Part shown: positions 18,548-27,943 of the stretch, one piece after another
Numbering within the stretch: position 1 is the stretch's first letter
How the letters are laid out: each line of letters starts with the position of its first letter
NCBI GenBank assembly: GCA_963664875.1
Contig: OY761611.1
Location: 2,880,001-2,944,000 of the forward strand
Origin: Candidatus Kapaibacterium sp.
Lineage (GTDB): Bacteria > Bacteroidota > Ignavibacteria > Kapaibacteriales > UBA2268
DNA length: 64,000 bases
Direction of reading: 5' to 3'
Notes under the pieces: model-generated
What the model was told of the DNA's origin: nothing
Seen by the model: only the letters and a program-made list of their open reading frames with translations
Database searches by the model: none
Made by a program: the position numbers and the translations under genes

Positions 18548-19729
18548 ATGAAAATAGAACAGATAGAAATCAAAAACTTTAAAGCGTTCAAACATGCGGT
18601 CATGAAAGATATACCAAACCTTTGTGTGGTTGTTGGTGCCAATGGTACTGGGAAATCAACACTGTTCGACGTTTTTGGCTTTCTAAAGGATGCAATGACA
18701 GACAATGTAACATCTGCCCTAAATAAAAGAGGTGGATTTGTCCAAGTTGTAAGTAGAAATATTGATAAGCCGATAGAACTTGAAATTAAGTTTAGAGAAG
18801 ATAAAGATAAGCCTCTAGTTACATATCATTTGATAATTTCACTCGAAGCGGGAAAGCCAGTGGTCGAAAGAGAAATATTAAAATATAGGAGAGGTAGCAA
18901 AGGGAAACCTTGGCACTTTCTAGACTTCTCCCGTGGTAGAGGCTCTTCAATCACAACAGAGTTAGAATATTTAGAGGATGAAACAAAAGAATTAGAAAGA
19001 CAAGATCAAAAGCTTTCTAGACCAGATATTCTTGCAATTAAAGGCCTGTCTCAATTTGAGCAGTTTCCAGTAGCTGTCAAGTTTGGTAAATTAATTGAAA
19101 ATTGGCACATCTCCGATTTCCATATTACAAGTGCTAGAACTATTCAAGATGATGCATATGCGGAACATTTGTCTAGAGAAGGGGAGAATTTGTCATTAGT
19201 AACGAAATACTTATATGATCAGCATCATTTTGTTTTTCTATCTATACTTGATAAATTAAAAAGCAGAGTTCCTGGAATTACTTCAGTTAGTGCAAAAACT
19301 ACCGAAGAAGGGAGGGTCTTACTTAAATTCCAAGATGGGAGTTTCAAAGATCCATTTTTAGCAAGATATGTATCAGATGGTACAATCAAAATGTTTGCTT
19401 ATTTAGTATTGTTATATGACCCAGCACCTCACCCTCTACTTTGCATCGAAGAACCCGAAAACCAGCTTTATCCCAAGTTATTAGTCGAGCTTGCAGAAGA
19501 GTTTCGGTTGTATGCAAACAAAGGCGGTCAGGTTTTTGTCTCAACTCACTCACCGGATTTTCTAAACGCTATGAAAATTGAAGAAGTTTTTTGGTTGGAG
19601 AAAAAAAACGGATATACCGGAATTAAGCGTGCTTTTGATAACGAGCAACTCAAAATATACATGGAGAACGGTGATCAAATGGGGTATCTCTGGACTCAGG
19701 GATTTTTTGAGGAGGTTGACACAATATGA
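18548..19729 (+). CDS. AAA_15/AAA_21-type ABC-like ATPase
   Basis: IKNFKAF, Walker A GANGTGKST, signature SDGT, Walker B CIEEPEN, H-loop STHSP. Confidence 0.9.
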   Translation: MKIEQIEIKNFKAFKHAVMKDIPNLCVVVGANGTGKSTLFDVFGFLKDAMTDNVTSALNKRGGFVQVVSRNIDKPIELEIKFREDKDKPLVTYHLIISLEAGKPVVEREILKYRRGSKGKPWHFLDFSRGRGSSITTELEYLEDETKELERQDQKLSRPDILAIKGLSQFEQFPVAVKFGKLIENWHISDFHITSARTIQDDAYAEHLSREGENLSLVTKYLYDQHHFVFLSILDKLKSRVPGITSVSAKTTEEGRVLLKFQDGSFKDPFLARYVSDGTIKMFAYLVLLYDPAPHPLLCIEEPENQLYPKLLVELAEEFRLYANKGGQVFVSTHSPDFLNAMKIEEVFWLEKKNGYTGIKRAFDNEQLKIYMENGDQMGYLWTQGFFEEVDTI

Positions 19730-20283
19730 TGCATCTTGTGTTTTTTGTAGAGGAGCTTTCTGCTAAAGAATTCATAGACAAACTAATTCCGAGAATATCT
19801 ACAGAAGTTACGTTCAAAACAATTCCCTTCAATGGGAAGCAGGACTTAGAGAAGAATTTATTCAAAAAAATGAAGTATTACCTCGTATCCAATTCCTATT
19901 TCTTTGTTGTACGAGATCAGGATTCGGGTGACTGTATTAAAATAAAACAGAATCTTTCCGACATCTGTAGAGAAACAGGCAAACAGGATTATATAGTAAG
20001 AATTGCTTGTAGAGAATTAGAAAGCTGGTACTTGGCGGATTTATCTGCTGTCGAAAATGCTTTAGACATTAAAGGCATTGCTAAACTGCAAAACAAATCT
20101 CAATATAGGCAGCCTGATAATTTAGAAAATCCTTCCAAAGAGTTGGAGACACTGACTAAAGGCCAATATCAAAAAGTATCAGGTTCAAGAAAAATAGCTG
20201 ATTTTATTGATTTGAATAATAATCGCTCTAAAAGTTTTTATCATTTTGTGCAAGCCGTTCGTCGCATTAGCACAGCTTCCTGA
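19726..20283 (+). CDS. DUF4276-like (TOPRIM-related) protein coupled to the ATPase
   Basis: VEELS, GKQDL, RDQD, CRELESWYLAD, NRSKSF; ATGA overlap with the ATPase stop. Confidence 0.8.
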   Translation: MMHLVFFVEELSAKEFIDKLIPRISTEVTFKTIPFNGKQDLEKNLFKKMKYYLVSNSYFFVVRDQDSGDCIKIKQNLSDICRETGKQDYIVRIACRELESWYLADLSAVENALDIKGIAKLQNKSQYRQPDNLENPSKELETLTKGQYQKVSGSRKIADFIDLNNNRSKSFYHFVQAVRRISTAS

Positions 20284-20376
20284 CATATTGCATCCTATTT
20301 CCCTTTTTTATCTGCTTTTAGCTGTGATTTTCCGTAAATTTGTTTAATTGAAAAAATAATTATTGGCGGAAGAGAT

Positions 20377-21015
20377 ATGGAAAAGAAATTTCTCGTAATT
20401 GGTCTGACCGGCGGTATAGGCTCCGGCAAATCCGAAGTTGCAAAATACCTTTTGGAGCAAGGCTATCCTGTAATTAGTTCTGATGAGAACGCAAAAAAAA
20501 TTATGGCTGAAGACAAATCTCTGCAGCAGGATATCAAAAAGACTTTTGGCGATGAAGCATATCTCGAAGATGGAACTCTTAATAAAGAATTCCTAGCAAA
20601 AAAAGTTTTCGGACGCGATAAAACCTCTGAAGATAACTTAGAAAAACTTAACCAACTTGTGCATCCCCGCACAATAGAGCTAATGGTAAATACAGTTGAC
20701 AACTACCGCAAAGAAGGCAAAGAAATAGTCTTTGTTGAGTCTGCTCTCATTTTTGAAATTGGGATAGATGACGGCTTTGATTATGTAATAGCGGTAGATG
20801 CGAAAGAAGATATAAAAATCAAGAGGGTAATGGAAAGAAGCAGCATCAGCGAAGAAGAAATCAAATACAGAATGAGTCGCCAGTTAAGCTCCGAAGAAAA
20901 GCTAAAAAGTGCCGACTTTTCAATAGAAAACAACGGCAGCATAGCACAGCTACGCTCAACTGTAGATTTTCTCATGGACATTGTCAAAGAGTTACCACCA
21001 AAAGAGTTTGAGTAG
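20377..21015 (+). CDS. coaE: Dephospho-CoA kinase
   Basis: IGLTGGIGSGKS, LNQLVHP, ESALIFE, ADFSIENNG. Confidence 0.95.
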   Translation: MEKKFLVIGLTGGIGSGKSEVAKYLLEQGYPVISSDENAKKIMAEDKSLQQDIKKTFGDEAYLEDGTLNKEFLAKKVFGRDKTSEDNLEKLNQLVHPRTIELMVNTVDNYRKEGKEIVFVESALIFEIGIDDGFDYVIAVDAKEDIKIKRVMERSSISEEEIKYRMSRQLSSEEKLKSADFSIENNGSIAQLRSTVDFLMDIVKELPPKEFE

Positions 21016-21017
21016 GA

Positions 21018-22124
21018 TTACACAACTACCTCAAACTCAAAACGTCCCCAAACTTCACCATTTATCTGCAAGGATAAATAGTGTTCGCCTGTGTATAATT
21101 TGCGGGTTGTTCGTTCCTGAAAGGAATATTTCTTTTCTAAATGGCGGGTTTCTGCTGAATCGATGTGTAATTTTTTCAGTTTAAAGACTTTTGGAGCATT
21201 TTTACCGTTGGCTTTTTTGAACTCAATAATAAAGTCTATCATGAAATCTGCTGCTTCTCCGGTGTTGCTTATATCAAAAGAGAAAATCTGCTCTTCTCCG
21301 ATTTTAACTTCCGGTTTCAGCTTGAAATTATTTATTTCAAATTTCGCAGGAGCAATTCCCATAAGCTTTAATGCAGCAAGATAGCCTTGCTTTATAAGTG
21401 TTCTTAATGCGTGCGAAGTCAGCCATTTCATTTCAGGTGTAGAAATTTCTTTATTCCATCTTTCTAAAGTGTCGCAGACTATTTGAGGATTGTCTTTTGA
21501 AATATCATTCAAATTATTAGCCACCGAGCGCCTCACATAAAGTACTTCGTCGTTTTTGAGTAGCTCCAATAAATCTATCACCGGCTTTGGATCTTTGACA
21601 AACTGATGCAGTCTTGAGCCAAGTGGCAAACGTGGGCGAGTGCCCTCAGATACCAATCGTCTTACGTGCAAATTTTTATCCTTAGCCCACTCTGCAAGAA
21701 GTACCTGCATCTTATCAGGATATTTCTCTATAAATGGTCTGATGTCTCCTTCTGCTGTAAAACGTTTGGTCATTTCGTAAAGAGCATTTGTAGAAATTTC
21801 AAAGTGTTCTAATCCGTTGCGAGCCACAAAGTGAGTCAGAGGCATAATTATAAAATTATCAAATCCGCTAAGCTCGCTTGTATCTAATTCTGGTGGAAGT
21901 GCTTTGATTAGAACATTTAATGACTCTGCATAGTCTTTTGGAAGATGCTTCTCAAGAGAATAAGTTATAAGTAGCATTCTGTCTTTATAGTTCAAAGCGT
22001 CTATATCTTTGGCTATTTCATTTACAAATTTGTTGCTGTCGAAGTCAGCATATACAGCTTTTATCCAAGAGGCAAGTTCTTGAACTTTTGCAGTGTTGAA
22101 AACCGTCCGAAATTCAAAATCCAT
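21018..22124 (-). CDS. HEAT-like-repeat DNA alkylation repair glycosylase (AlkC-like)
   Basis: FTAEGDIRPF, HVRRLVSEGTRPRLP, YVRRSVANNLNDISKD; C-terminal KVFKLK and TTRKLY. Confidence 0.85.
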   Translation of the reverse strand: MDFEFRTVFNTAKVQELASWIKAVYADFDSNKFVNEIAKDIDALNYKDRMLLITYSLEKHLPKDYAESLNVLIKALPPELDTSELSGFDNFIIMPLTHFVARNGLEHFEISTNALYEMTKRFTAEGDIRPFIEKYPDKMQVLLAEWAKDKNLHVRRLVSEGTRPRLPLGSRLHQFVKDPKPVIDLLELLKNDEVLYVRRSVANNLNDISKDNPQIVCDTLERWNKEISTPEMKWLTSHALRTLIKQGYLAALKLMGIAPAKFEINNFKLKPEVKIGEEQIFSFDISNTGEAADFMIDFIIEFKKANGKNAPKVFKLKKLHIDSAETRHLEKKYSFQERTTRKLYTGEHYLSLQINGEVWGRFEFEVVV

Positions 22125-22285
22125 GTTTTAGGCTCTCTATTTTGTTTTGATTTATATCGAATATACTTCTTGTATATTGGAGAAAAACTTACCTGATTAA
22201 CCAATAACTGCAATGGAAAAAAAAGAGTTTTCTTTTAGTATGGATAGATAGTATCTTTGGAGCTTATTATCATAAAATTCTTCAC

Positions 22286-23140
22286 ATGGGCAATATGCGA
22301 TTTTCCCTACACGATACTGCTGTAAAAGTTGGATTAACTAAAAGGACTATCAGAGCCTTAGAGATTAGATATGCTGCAGTAAAGCCTGTTTATGATTTAC
22401 ACCAAAAACCGTTTTACTCTGCAGAAGACTTAGAACGCTTAAAATATTTTTCTGAAGCAATTAAATTAGGCATGGATGTTAAAACTATTGCACATTGCAC
22501 TAATGATGAGCTCGAGCTAAAAGTGAAGCTGTATAAGATTGACAATCAACATCCGCTTTTTGACAATCTACAAGAGGCAGTTTCTATGGTTGAAAATTAC
22601 GATGCCTTTAGTCTGCAAAAACTGCTATACGATATGAGGATTGAGCTCAGTAGAGAGAAACTTATATATGATTTTATACTGCCATTGGTTACTATTAAAT
22701 CAATCTCCGGATTAGAAAAATCATTTGTTGAGACTGAATTACTGTCTTTTCTTGCAGATATTATAAAATCTTCGAAAACAAAAGAATACCATCCGCATCT
22801 AATCCTCTTTTGTCATCATGACAAATTTAAAACACTTCTCTTTGCCGTAGCAAGTTTGCTTTCAGGTTTTAAAATAAATATCTCATTTGCAGCAACCACT
22901 AATCTGAAATCTTCGATTTATAACATTTGTTATAAAGTAAACTGCGAGGCTGCATTGCTTTTAGGTCCTTATAAAAAAGAAGTTTACGATAATCCTCCGG
23001 ATCATATTCCTACTTATTTTGAGATAGTTGATATTTCGGCACAGGAATTGATAAATACAGAATTCTCGCAGGAGAATTTTGTTCTTAAAGATAAAGTCGA
23101 AAAAGCGATTGAAAATATAAAGAAAGCTCTCAACCTATAA
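22286..23140 (+). CDS. MerR-family transcriptional regulator (CarH/MlrA-like architecture)
   Basis: N-terminal GLTKRTIRALEIRY and YSAEDLERL; helical cap plus Rossmann-like C-terminus. Confidence 0.7.
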   Translation: MGNMRFSLHDTAVKVGLTKRTIRALEIRYAAVKPVYDLHQKPFYSAEDLERLKYFSEAIKLGMDVKTIAHCTNDELELKVKLYKIDNQHPLFDNLQEAVSMVENYDAFSLQKLLYDMRIELSREKLIYDFILPLVTIKSISGLEKSFVETELLSFLADIIKSSKTKEYHPHLILFCHHDKFKTLLFAVASLLSGFKINISFAATTNLKSSIYNICYKVNCEAALLLGPYKKEVYDNPPDHIPTYFEIVDISAQELINTEFSQENFVLKDKVEKAIENIKKALNL

Positions 23141-23251
23141 TCCGATGGCTATATAACACCACCTTGTAATATTAGCCACTAATGGTCGAAATTAACCTGA
23201 CTTGAATATTAAAATATCCGTTTTTGCCAAAAAATAAGAGTATTTGCTCTT

Positions 23252-23266
23252 TGGCACTTATTTTGA
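23252..23266 (+). promoter_or_regulatory. Candidate sigma54 promoter of the flagellar operon
   Basis: TGGCAC-TTATT-TTGA against TGGCAC-N5-TTGC, ~40 nt upstream of flgB. Confidence 0.6.
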
Positions 23267-23305
23267 AGTAGTGCTTTAAGCAGATAATACGTAAAGGTGG
23301 AAAAA

Positions 23306-23731
23306 ATGGTATTTAGAAATCATTTATTCAAAGACAGATTGCCTCTGATGAATAGAGCTTTAGATGCTTATGCTGTGAGAAACAGGACAACGGCAAAGAA
23401 TATAGCTAATGTCAACTCTCCGCACTACCGACCTGAGAATGTGAAATTCGAAGAGTTTTTCCAAAATCAGGAAGTAGTAGTAAAAGGCGAAAGCTCTGAT
23501 GGTGGAGTCTCTATTCCTTTGGGCAAAGTAGAATACGAAGATGTAGAAGGCGAAGTGCAAAATGCACCTGTTCCAAAACCGGAAATTTATTTCTCGGGCG
23601 AAACACATGTCAATATTGACCGCGAAATGTCAAAAATGGCTGAAAATCAAATCCGTTTCAGATTTGGCTCGCTAATGGTAAATAAGTTTTTCCGCGGAAT
23701 GTCTTCTTCTATATTTGGAACTAAAGAATAA
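23306..23731 (+). CDS. flgB: Flagellar basal-body rod protein FlgB
   Basis: AKNIANVNSPHYRP and VNIDREM; first gene of the operon. Confidence 0.93.
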   Translation: MVFRNHLFKDRLPLMNRALDAYAVRNRTTAKNIANVNSPHYRPENVKFEEFFQNQEVVVKGESSDGGVSIPLGKVEYEDVEGEVQNAPVPKPEIYFSGETHVNIDREMSKMAENQIRFRFGSLMVNKFFRGMSSSIFGTKE

Positions 23732-23782
23732 GTATTTATACTGTTGCAGGTTTGTTTTTTTTGAATCATATTAGGTGCGAAT

Positions 23783-24268
23783 ATGCCTGAAAATATATTT
23801 TCATCGTTTGACATTAGCGGTCAGGGCATGAGTGTGCAAAGAATGCGTCTTAGCTCAGTTGCAAAAAATATTGCTAATGCCAACACGACAGTTGGAGAGG
23901 ATGGCAATCCTTACCAGAGAGAAGTTGTTGTAGTTAGGGCAATTCCCGATAGCCCGTTCGAAGACGAAGTGCAAAATCAGATAGCTTTGAAGCAGTCCGA
24001 TTCTTCACATGCTTCCAACGCCAGACCGGGAACTTATCCTCCAAACTACGATGTGCTAAAAGCAGCAGTTGCACGAGACAACTCTCCGGCAAGACTTGTT
24101 TATGATCCTAATCATCCACACGCCGACGACAACGGATATGTCAGGATGCCTAATATCAATGTTGTTACGGAGATGGTAGAAATGATTACAGCCCAAAGAG
24201 GCTTCGAGGCAAATACAGGAGTAGTTGATGCTACTAAGAATATTGCTAAAAACTCTTTGGAAATTTAA
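23783..24268 (+). CDS. flgC: Flagellar basal-body rod protein FlgC
   Basis: NIANANTT, PYQR, YDPNHPHADDNGYVRMPNIN, EMVEMI. Confidence 0.96.
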   Translation: MPENIFSSFDISGQGMSVQRMRLSSVAKNIANANTTVGEDGNPYQREVVVVRAIPDSPFEDEVQNQIALKQSDSSHASNARPGTYPPNYDVLKAAVARDNSPARLVYDPNHPHADDNGYVRMPNINVVTEMVEMITAQRGFEANTGVVDATKNIAKNSLEI

Positions 24269-24299
24269 TGGGGGGTTATAATTTATAACCGAGGTATGT

Positions 24300-24599
24300 A
24301 TGAAGGTATCATCTGTTGAATCATATATCAATAGCGTTTACTCTCAGGGGCTAAATGCCACCAGAGTAAACGGTGGAATCAATAAAACTCAGCAAACTGA
24401 GCAAATCGCAAAAACTCAGACTGAGAAAACCGATTCCAATAAAACTCAGGATTTAATATCGCAACAGGAAAGAGAATTTTTTAAAAGTATGTTTCCTGAA
24501 AGCTCGGAGCAAATTGATAAACATATCATTTTCAATCGAAATGGTAAAGTTACTGCTCCAAATCTAAATAAAGGTATGATAGTGGACGGCAGAATATAA
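24300..24599 (+). CDS. Hypothetical small protein within the flagellar operon
   Basis: 99-aa ORF with GAGG RBS, co-oriented between flgC and fliE. Confidence 0.7.
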   Translation: MKVSSVESYINSVYSQGLNATRVNGGINKTQQTEQIAKTQTEKTDSNKTQDLISQQEREFFKSMFPESSEQIDKHIIFNRNGKVTAPNLNKGMIVDGRI

Positions 24600-24671
24600 T
24601 ATCTGCTATTCGCTCCTGCTTTTGCTATTTTGGCAAGGATGCCATGTTTTACTAACGAAAGGAATCGCATC

Positions 24672-24980
24672 ATGGTAGTTAATGAACTCGCTGCGGGTAA
24701 GCAGTATTTACCCATCGTACAGCAACGCACCAATGAGCTGGAATTGCCCAGACATGACGGCGTTACATTCAAAGACACTTTATCTGAATTGGTGGATGAT
24801 GTCAATTCCCTTCAGGTCGATGCTGCTGAGCAAAAAGAAAAGCTCATCAAAGGCGAACCTGTGGACTTGCATGATGTAATGATTTCCGCTCAGAAAGCTA
24901 AAACAAGTTTTGAGCTTTTGCTTGAGTTGCGCAACAAAGGTATGGATTTGTATCGCGAAGTTATGCGTATGCAGGTCTAA
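24672..24980 (+). CDS. fliE: Flagellar hook-basal body protein FliE
   Basis: DLHDVMISAQKA, ELRNK, YREVMRMQV; ATG at 24672 follows GAAAGGA. Confidence 0.95.
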   Translation: MVVNELAAGKQYLPIVQQRTNELELPRHDGVTFKDTLSELVDDVNSLQVDAAEQKEKLIKGEPVDLHDVMISAQKAKTSFELLLELRNKGMDLYREVMRMQV

Positions 24981-25018
24981 GTTTATTCTTTTTTGTTAAC
25001 GCCAATGAGTAGGGTACG

Positions 25019-26821
25019 ATGGCTGAAAATAAAGTTATAGAACAAACCAGAAATTTCTTTTCTAATTTGTCAATGATGCAGAAATGGCTCTTTGGAGCTG
25101 TAGCCGGGGCTATTTTGCTGGTTGGGGCTTATTTTGCTCTTTCGCTTAACGAAGACAAAGTCGAAATGGGGATGCTTTATAAATCTTTAGAGCCGGCAGA
25201 AGCCTCAAAAATAGTGGACTACCTAAAAACAAGTGAAATACCTTATGAGCTGACTGAAAACGGTACTGCTATTCTTATCGACAAAAATAAAGTTTATGAT
25301 ACAAGAATTGCATTAGCAGGTCAGGGATTGCCGGAATCCGGAGTTGTTGGTTATGAGCTTTTTGACAAAACAAATCTCGGTATGTCCGAATTTGTACAAA
25401 AGCTCAACCATAAAAGAGCTCTCGAAGGTGAGCTTGCACGCACCATCAGCTCTATGGAAGAAATCAAGAGAGTAAGAGTTCACATCGTTATCCCTGAAAA
25501 AGCATTGTTTAAAAAAGATCAACGTTCTCCAACTGCTTCTGTAACTCTTCACCTTAATTCCACACGCAGCGATAACAAATTGAATATAGAAGGTATTCAA
25601 AATTTGGTTGCTTCAAGTGTCGAAGGTATGAAAGTTGAAGATGTAAGCGTGGTCGATCAAAGAGGTAAGCTGCTTTCAGAAGCTCCTTTCGACGAGACTA
25701 CTCTTGCAGGCAAAACTGCTTTGCAACACGAACAGCAAAGAAGAGTCGAACAGCACCTTACAAGCAAAGTTCAGTCTATGCTTGATAATGTTATTGGCAC
25801 CGGTAATTCTAATGTAGAAGTTAATGCGGATCTTGATTTTACAAGTATAGAAAAAACTATTACCGACTATGATCCCGAACGCCAGGTTGTTAGAAGTGAA
25901 CAAAACATTGTCGAAAAAAGTGCATCTTCTGATTCACTGAGCTATCCTGCTGTAAATATGTCGAAAGATCAGGCGAATAACATACAGAACTATGAAATTT
26001 CCAAATCTGTGGAGCATATTGTCAATTCTGTGGGCAATGTGAAACGCCTTTCTGTTGCTGTTATGATAAATGGTACACACGAAGTTATTACCAACGAACA
26101 GGGACTCAAAGAGCTAAAATATGTACCCCGAAGCGATGAAGAAATGCAACAATTCCGTGACTTGGTTCAAAATGCGGTAGGATTTGCACCCGATAGAGGA
26201 GACAATATTTCTGTTTTGAATATCCCGTTCGATACTTCATGGGAAGAAGACGCTCAGCAGATAATTCAGGAACTACCTTGGTGGCAAATAGAAGAAAACC
26301 AAAAGCTAATATTACTTGGTTTTGCTATCTTGCTTACTATGCTGATATTCTGGAGAGTACTAAGGTCAAAACTAATCAAAGAAAGAATGCGTATTGCACT
26401 TTCATTGCCTGCTGATGTAACTATGGGTTTAGATGAAATCGGAGAAGACGAACAGGACGAAGAAGACGAAAGACTTGACGAAGAAGAGCAACTATTCGAA
26501 GAGCTCGACTTAGATGAAGATGAAATGATGTTGCTTCCTGCTGAACTGCCCGAACAGCTACTTTTAGAAGGTGAAAAGCTGGTAAAAGAAAAAGAAGAGG
26601 AAATGGAATTAGATGAAACTGAAGAAATAGATTCCGAATCTTTGGCTGCAAGAGCAAGAGCTTCATTAGAACAAGCTGACTCACCGGAACTTACAGAAGA
26701 AACTTTGATGAAAATTGAAATAAAACAAAAAGTAGAAAATTACCTCGCTGAGGATACCGAAGATGCTGTAAAACTGATTAGATTATTATTATCACAGGAT
26801 TTAGATATTCGAGGCTACTAA
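25019..26821 (+). CDS. fliF: Flagellar MS-ring protein FliF
   Basis: GYELFD, RALEGELARTI, ARVH-like VRVHI, LVASSVEG, RLSVAV, RGDNISV. Confidence 0.96.
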   Translation: MAENKVIEQTRNFFSNLSMMQKWLFGAVAGAILLVGAYFALSLNEDKVEMGMLYKSLEPAEASKIVDYLKTSEIPYELTENGTAILIDKNKVYDTRIALAGQGLPESGVVGYELFDKTNLGMSEFVQKLNHKRALEGELARTISSMEEIKRVRVHIVIPEKALFKKDQRSPTASVTLHLNSTRSDNKLNIEGIQNLVASSVEGMKVEDVSVVDQRGKLLSEAPFDETTLAGKTALQHEQQRRVEQHLTSKVQSMLDNVIGTGNSNVEVNADLDFTSIEKTITDYDPERQVVRSEQNIVEKSASSDSLSYPAVNMSKDQANNIQNYEISKSVEHIVNSVGNVKRLSVAVMINGTHEVITNEQGLKELKYVPRSDEEMQQFRDLVQNAVGFAPDRGDNISVLNIPFDTSWEEDAQQIIQELPWWQIEENQKLILLGFAILLTMLIFWRVLRSKLIKERMRIALSLPADVTMGLDEIGEDEQDEEDERLDEEEQLFEELDLDEDEMMLLPAELPEQLLLEGEKLVKEKEEEMELDETEEIDSESLAARARASLEQADSPELTEETLMKIEIKQKVENYLAEDTEDAVKLIRLLLSQDLDIRGY

Positions 26822-26887
26822 TATGAATCAAACAAATTCGTATTAAACTTAAACAGGCAATTTCTTTGAATTGAGGCAATAAAAAAA

Positions 26888-27907
26888 ATGGCAAAATTTA
26901 AAAACATACAAGAACTTACCGGCAGGCAAAAGGCAGCTGTGCTTCTTATGTCTATGGATGTGGACGTAGCTGCGAAAGTCTTTCAGGAACTTGAGATGAA
27001 GGAAGTAGAACAAATTGCGGTGGAGATTACTAACCTTCGCGATTTGCCGCCTATGATAGTAGAAGACGTTATCGACGAGTTTTATCAGTTGATGACCGCT
27101 TCCAGTTATATGATAGAAGGTGGTTTAGAGTATGCACAGGTGCTGTTGGAAAAAAGTTATGGTTTAGAGCAAGCTCGTGAAATTATAGAAAAAATCAGAG
27201 TGCTGACTACTGTTCGTGGTTTTAATATTCTTAAAAAAGCAGATCCTCAGCAACTTGCTAACTTTTTATCAAAAGAGCATCCGCAAACTATTGCCCTTAT
27301 TTTATCGCATCTAACACCCGATCATGCTGCGGAAGTGCTTAACGAATTCAAAGAAGATGTACGTTCTGAAACAATTCACCGTATAGCTATCCTCGGAAAG
27401 GTTTCGCCTCAGTTAGTTTCCGAGATAGAGCATGTCGTAGATCAAATTGCAGAATCTACACTATCGCAAAACCTTGCTACAGCCGGTGGTGCTCAGATGG
27501 TAGCTAATATCCTCAATAAGAGTAACAATGCTACCGCTAAGCAAATGCTCGAAAGTATCGAAGAAAAAGACTATAATATGGCTCTCGAAATCAAACGCAT
27601 GATGTTCCTTTTCGAAGATATTATCCTTATCGACGACAAAGGTATCCAAAGGATTCTTCGAGATGTGGACAAAAGAGACCTTGCTCTCGCACTCAAAGTT
27701 TCAGAAGAAAAAATCCGCGAAAAAATCTTCAAAAATATGTCAGAGCGTGCGGCTCAGGTGGTCAGAGAAGAACTCGAATTTATGGGACCAGTCAAACTCA
27801 AAGAGGTCGAATCAGCACAAATGCGTATTGTTGATGTGATTAAAGAACTTGAAGAACAGGATGAGATTGCTATTGGCGGCAGAGGCAAAGAAGATATCTT
27901 TGTATAA
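26888..27907 (+). CDS. fliG: Flagellar motor switch protein FliG
   Basis: GRQKAAVLL, EHPQTIALILS, MFLFED, NMSERAA, GPVKL. Confidence 0.97.
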   Translation: MAKFKNIQELTGRQKAAVLLMSMDVDVAAKVFQELEMKEVEQIAVEITNLRDLPPMIVEDVIDEFYQLMTASSYMIEGGLEYAQVLLEKSYGLEQAREIIEKIRVLTTVRGFNILKKADPQQLANFLSKEHPQTIALILSHLTPDHAAEVLNEFKEDVRSETIHRIAILGKVSPQLVSEIEHVVDQIAESTLSQNLATAGGAQMVANILNKSNNATAKQMLESIEEKDYNMALEIKRMMFLFEDIILIDDKGIQRILRDVDKRDLALALKVSEEKIREKIFKNMSERAAQVVREELEFMGPVKLKEVESAQMRIVDVIKELEEQDEIAIGGRGKEDIFV

Positions 27908-27943
27908 TCATTTATGCCGTTTCAGGAAATGGGAGTGTGAAAA

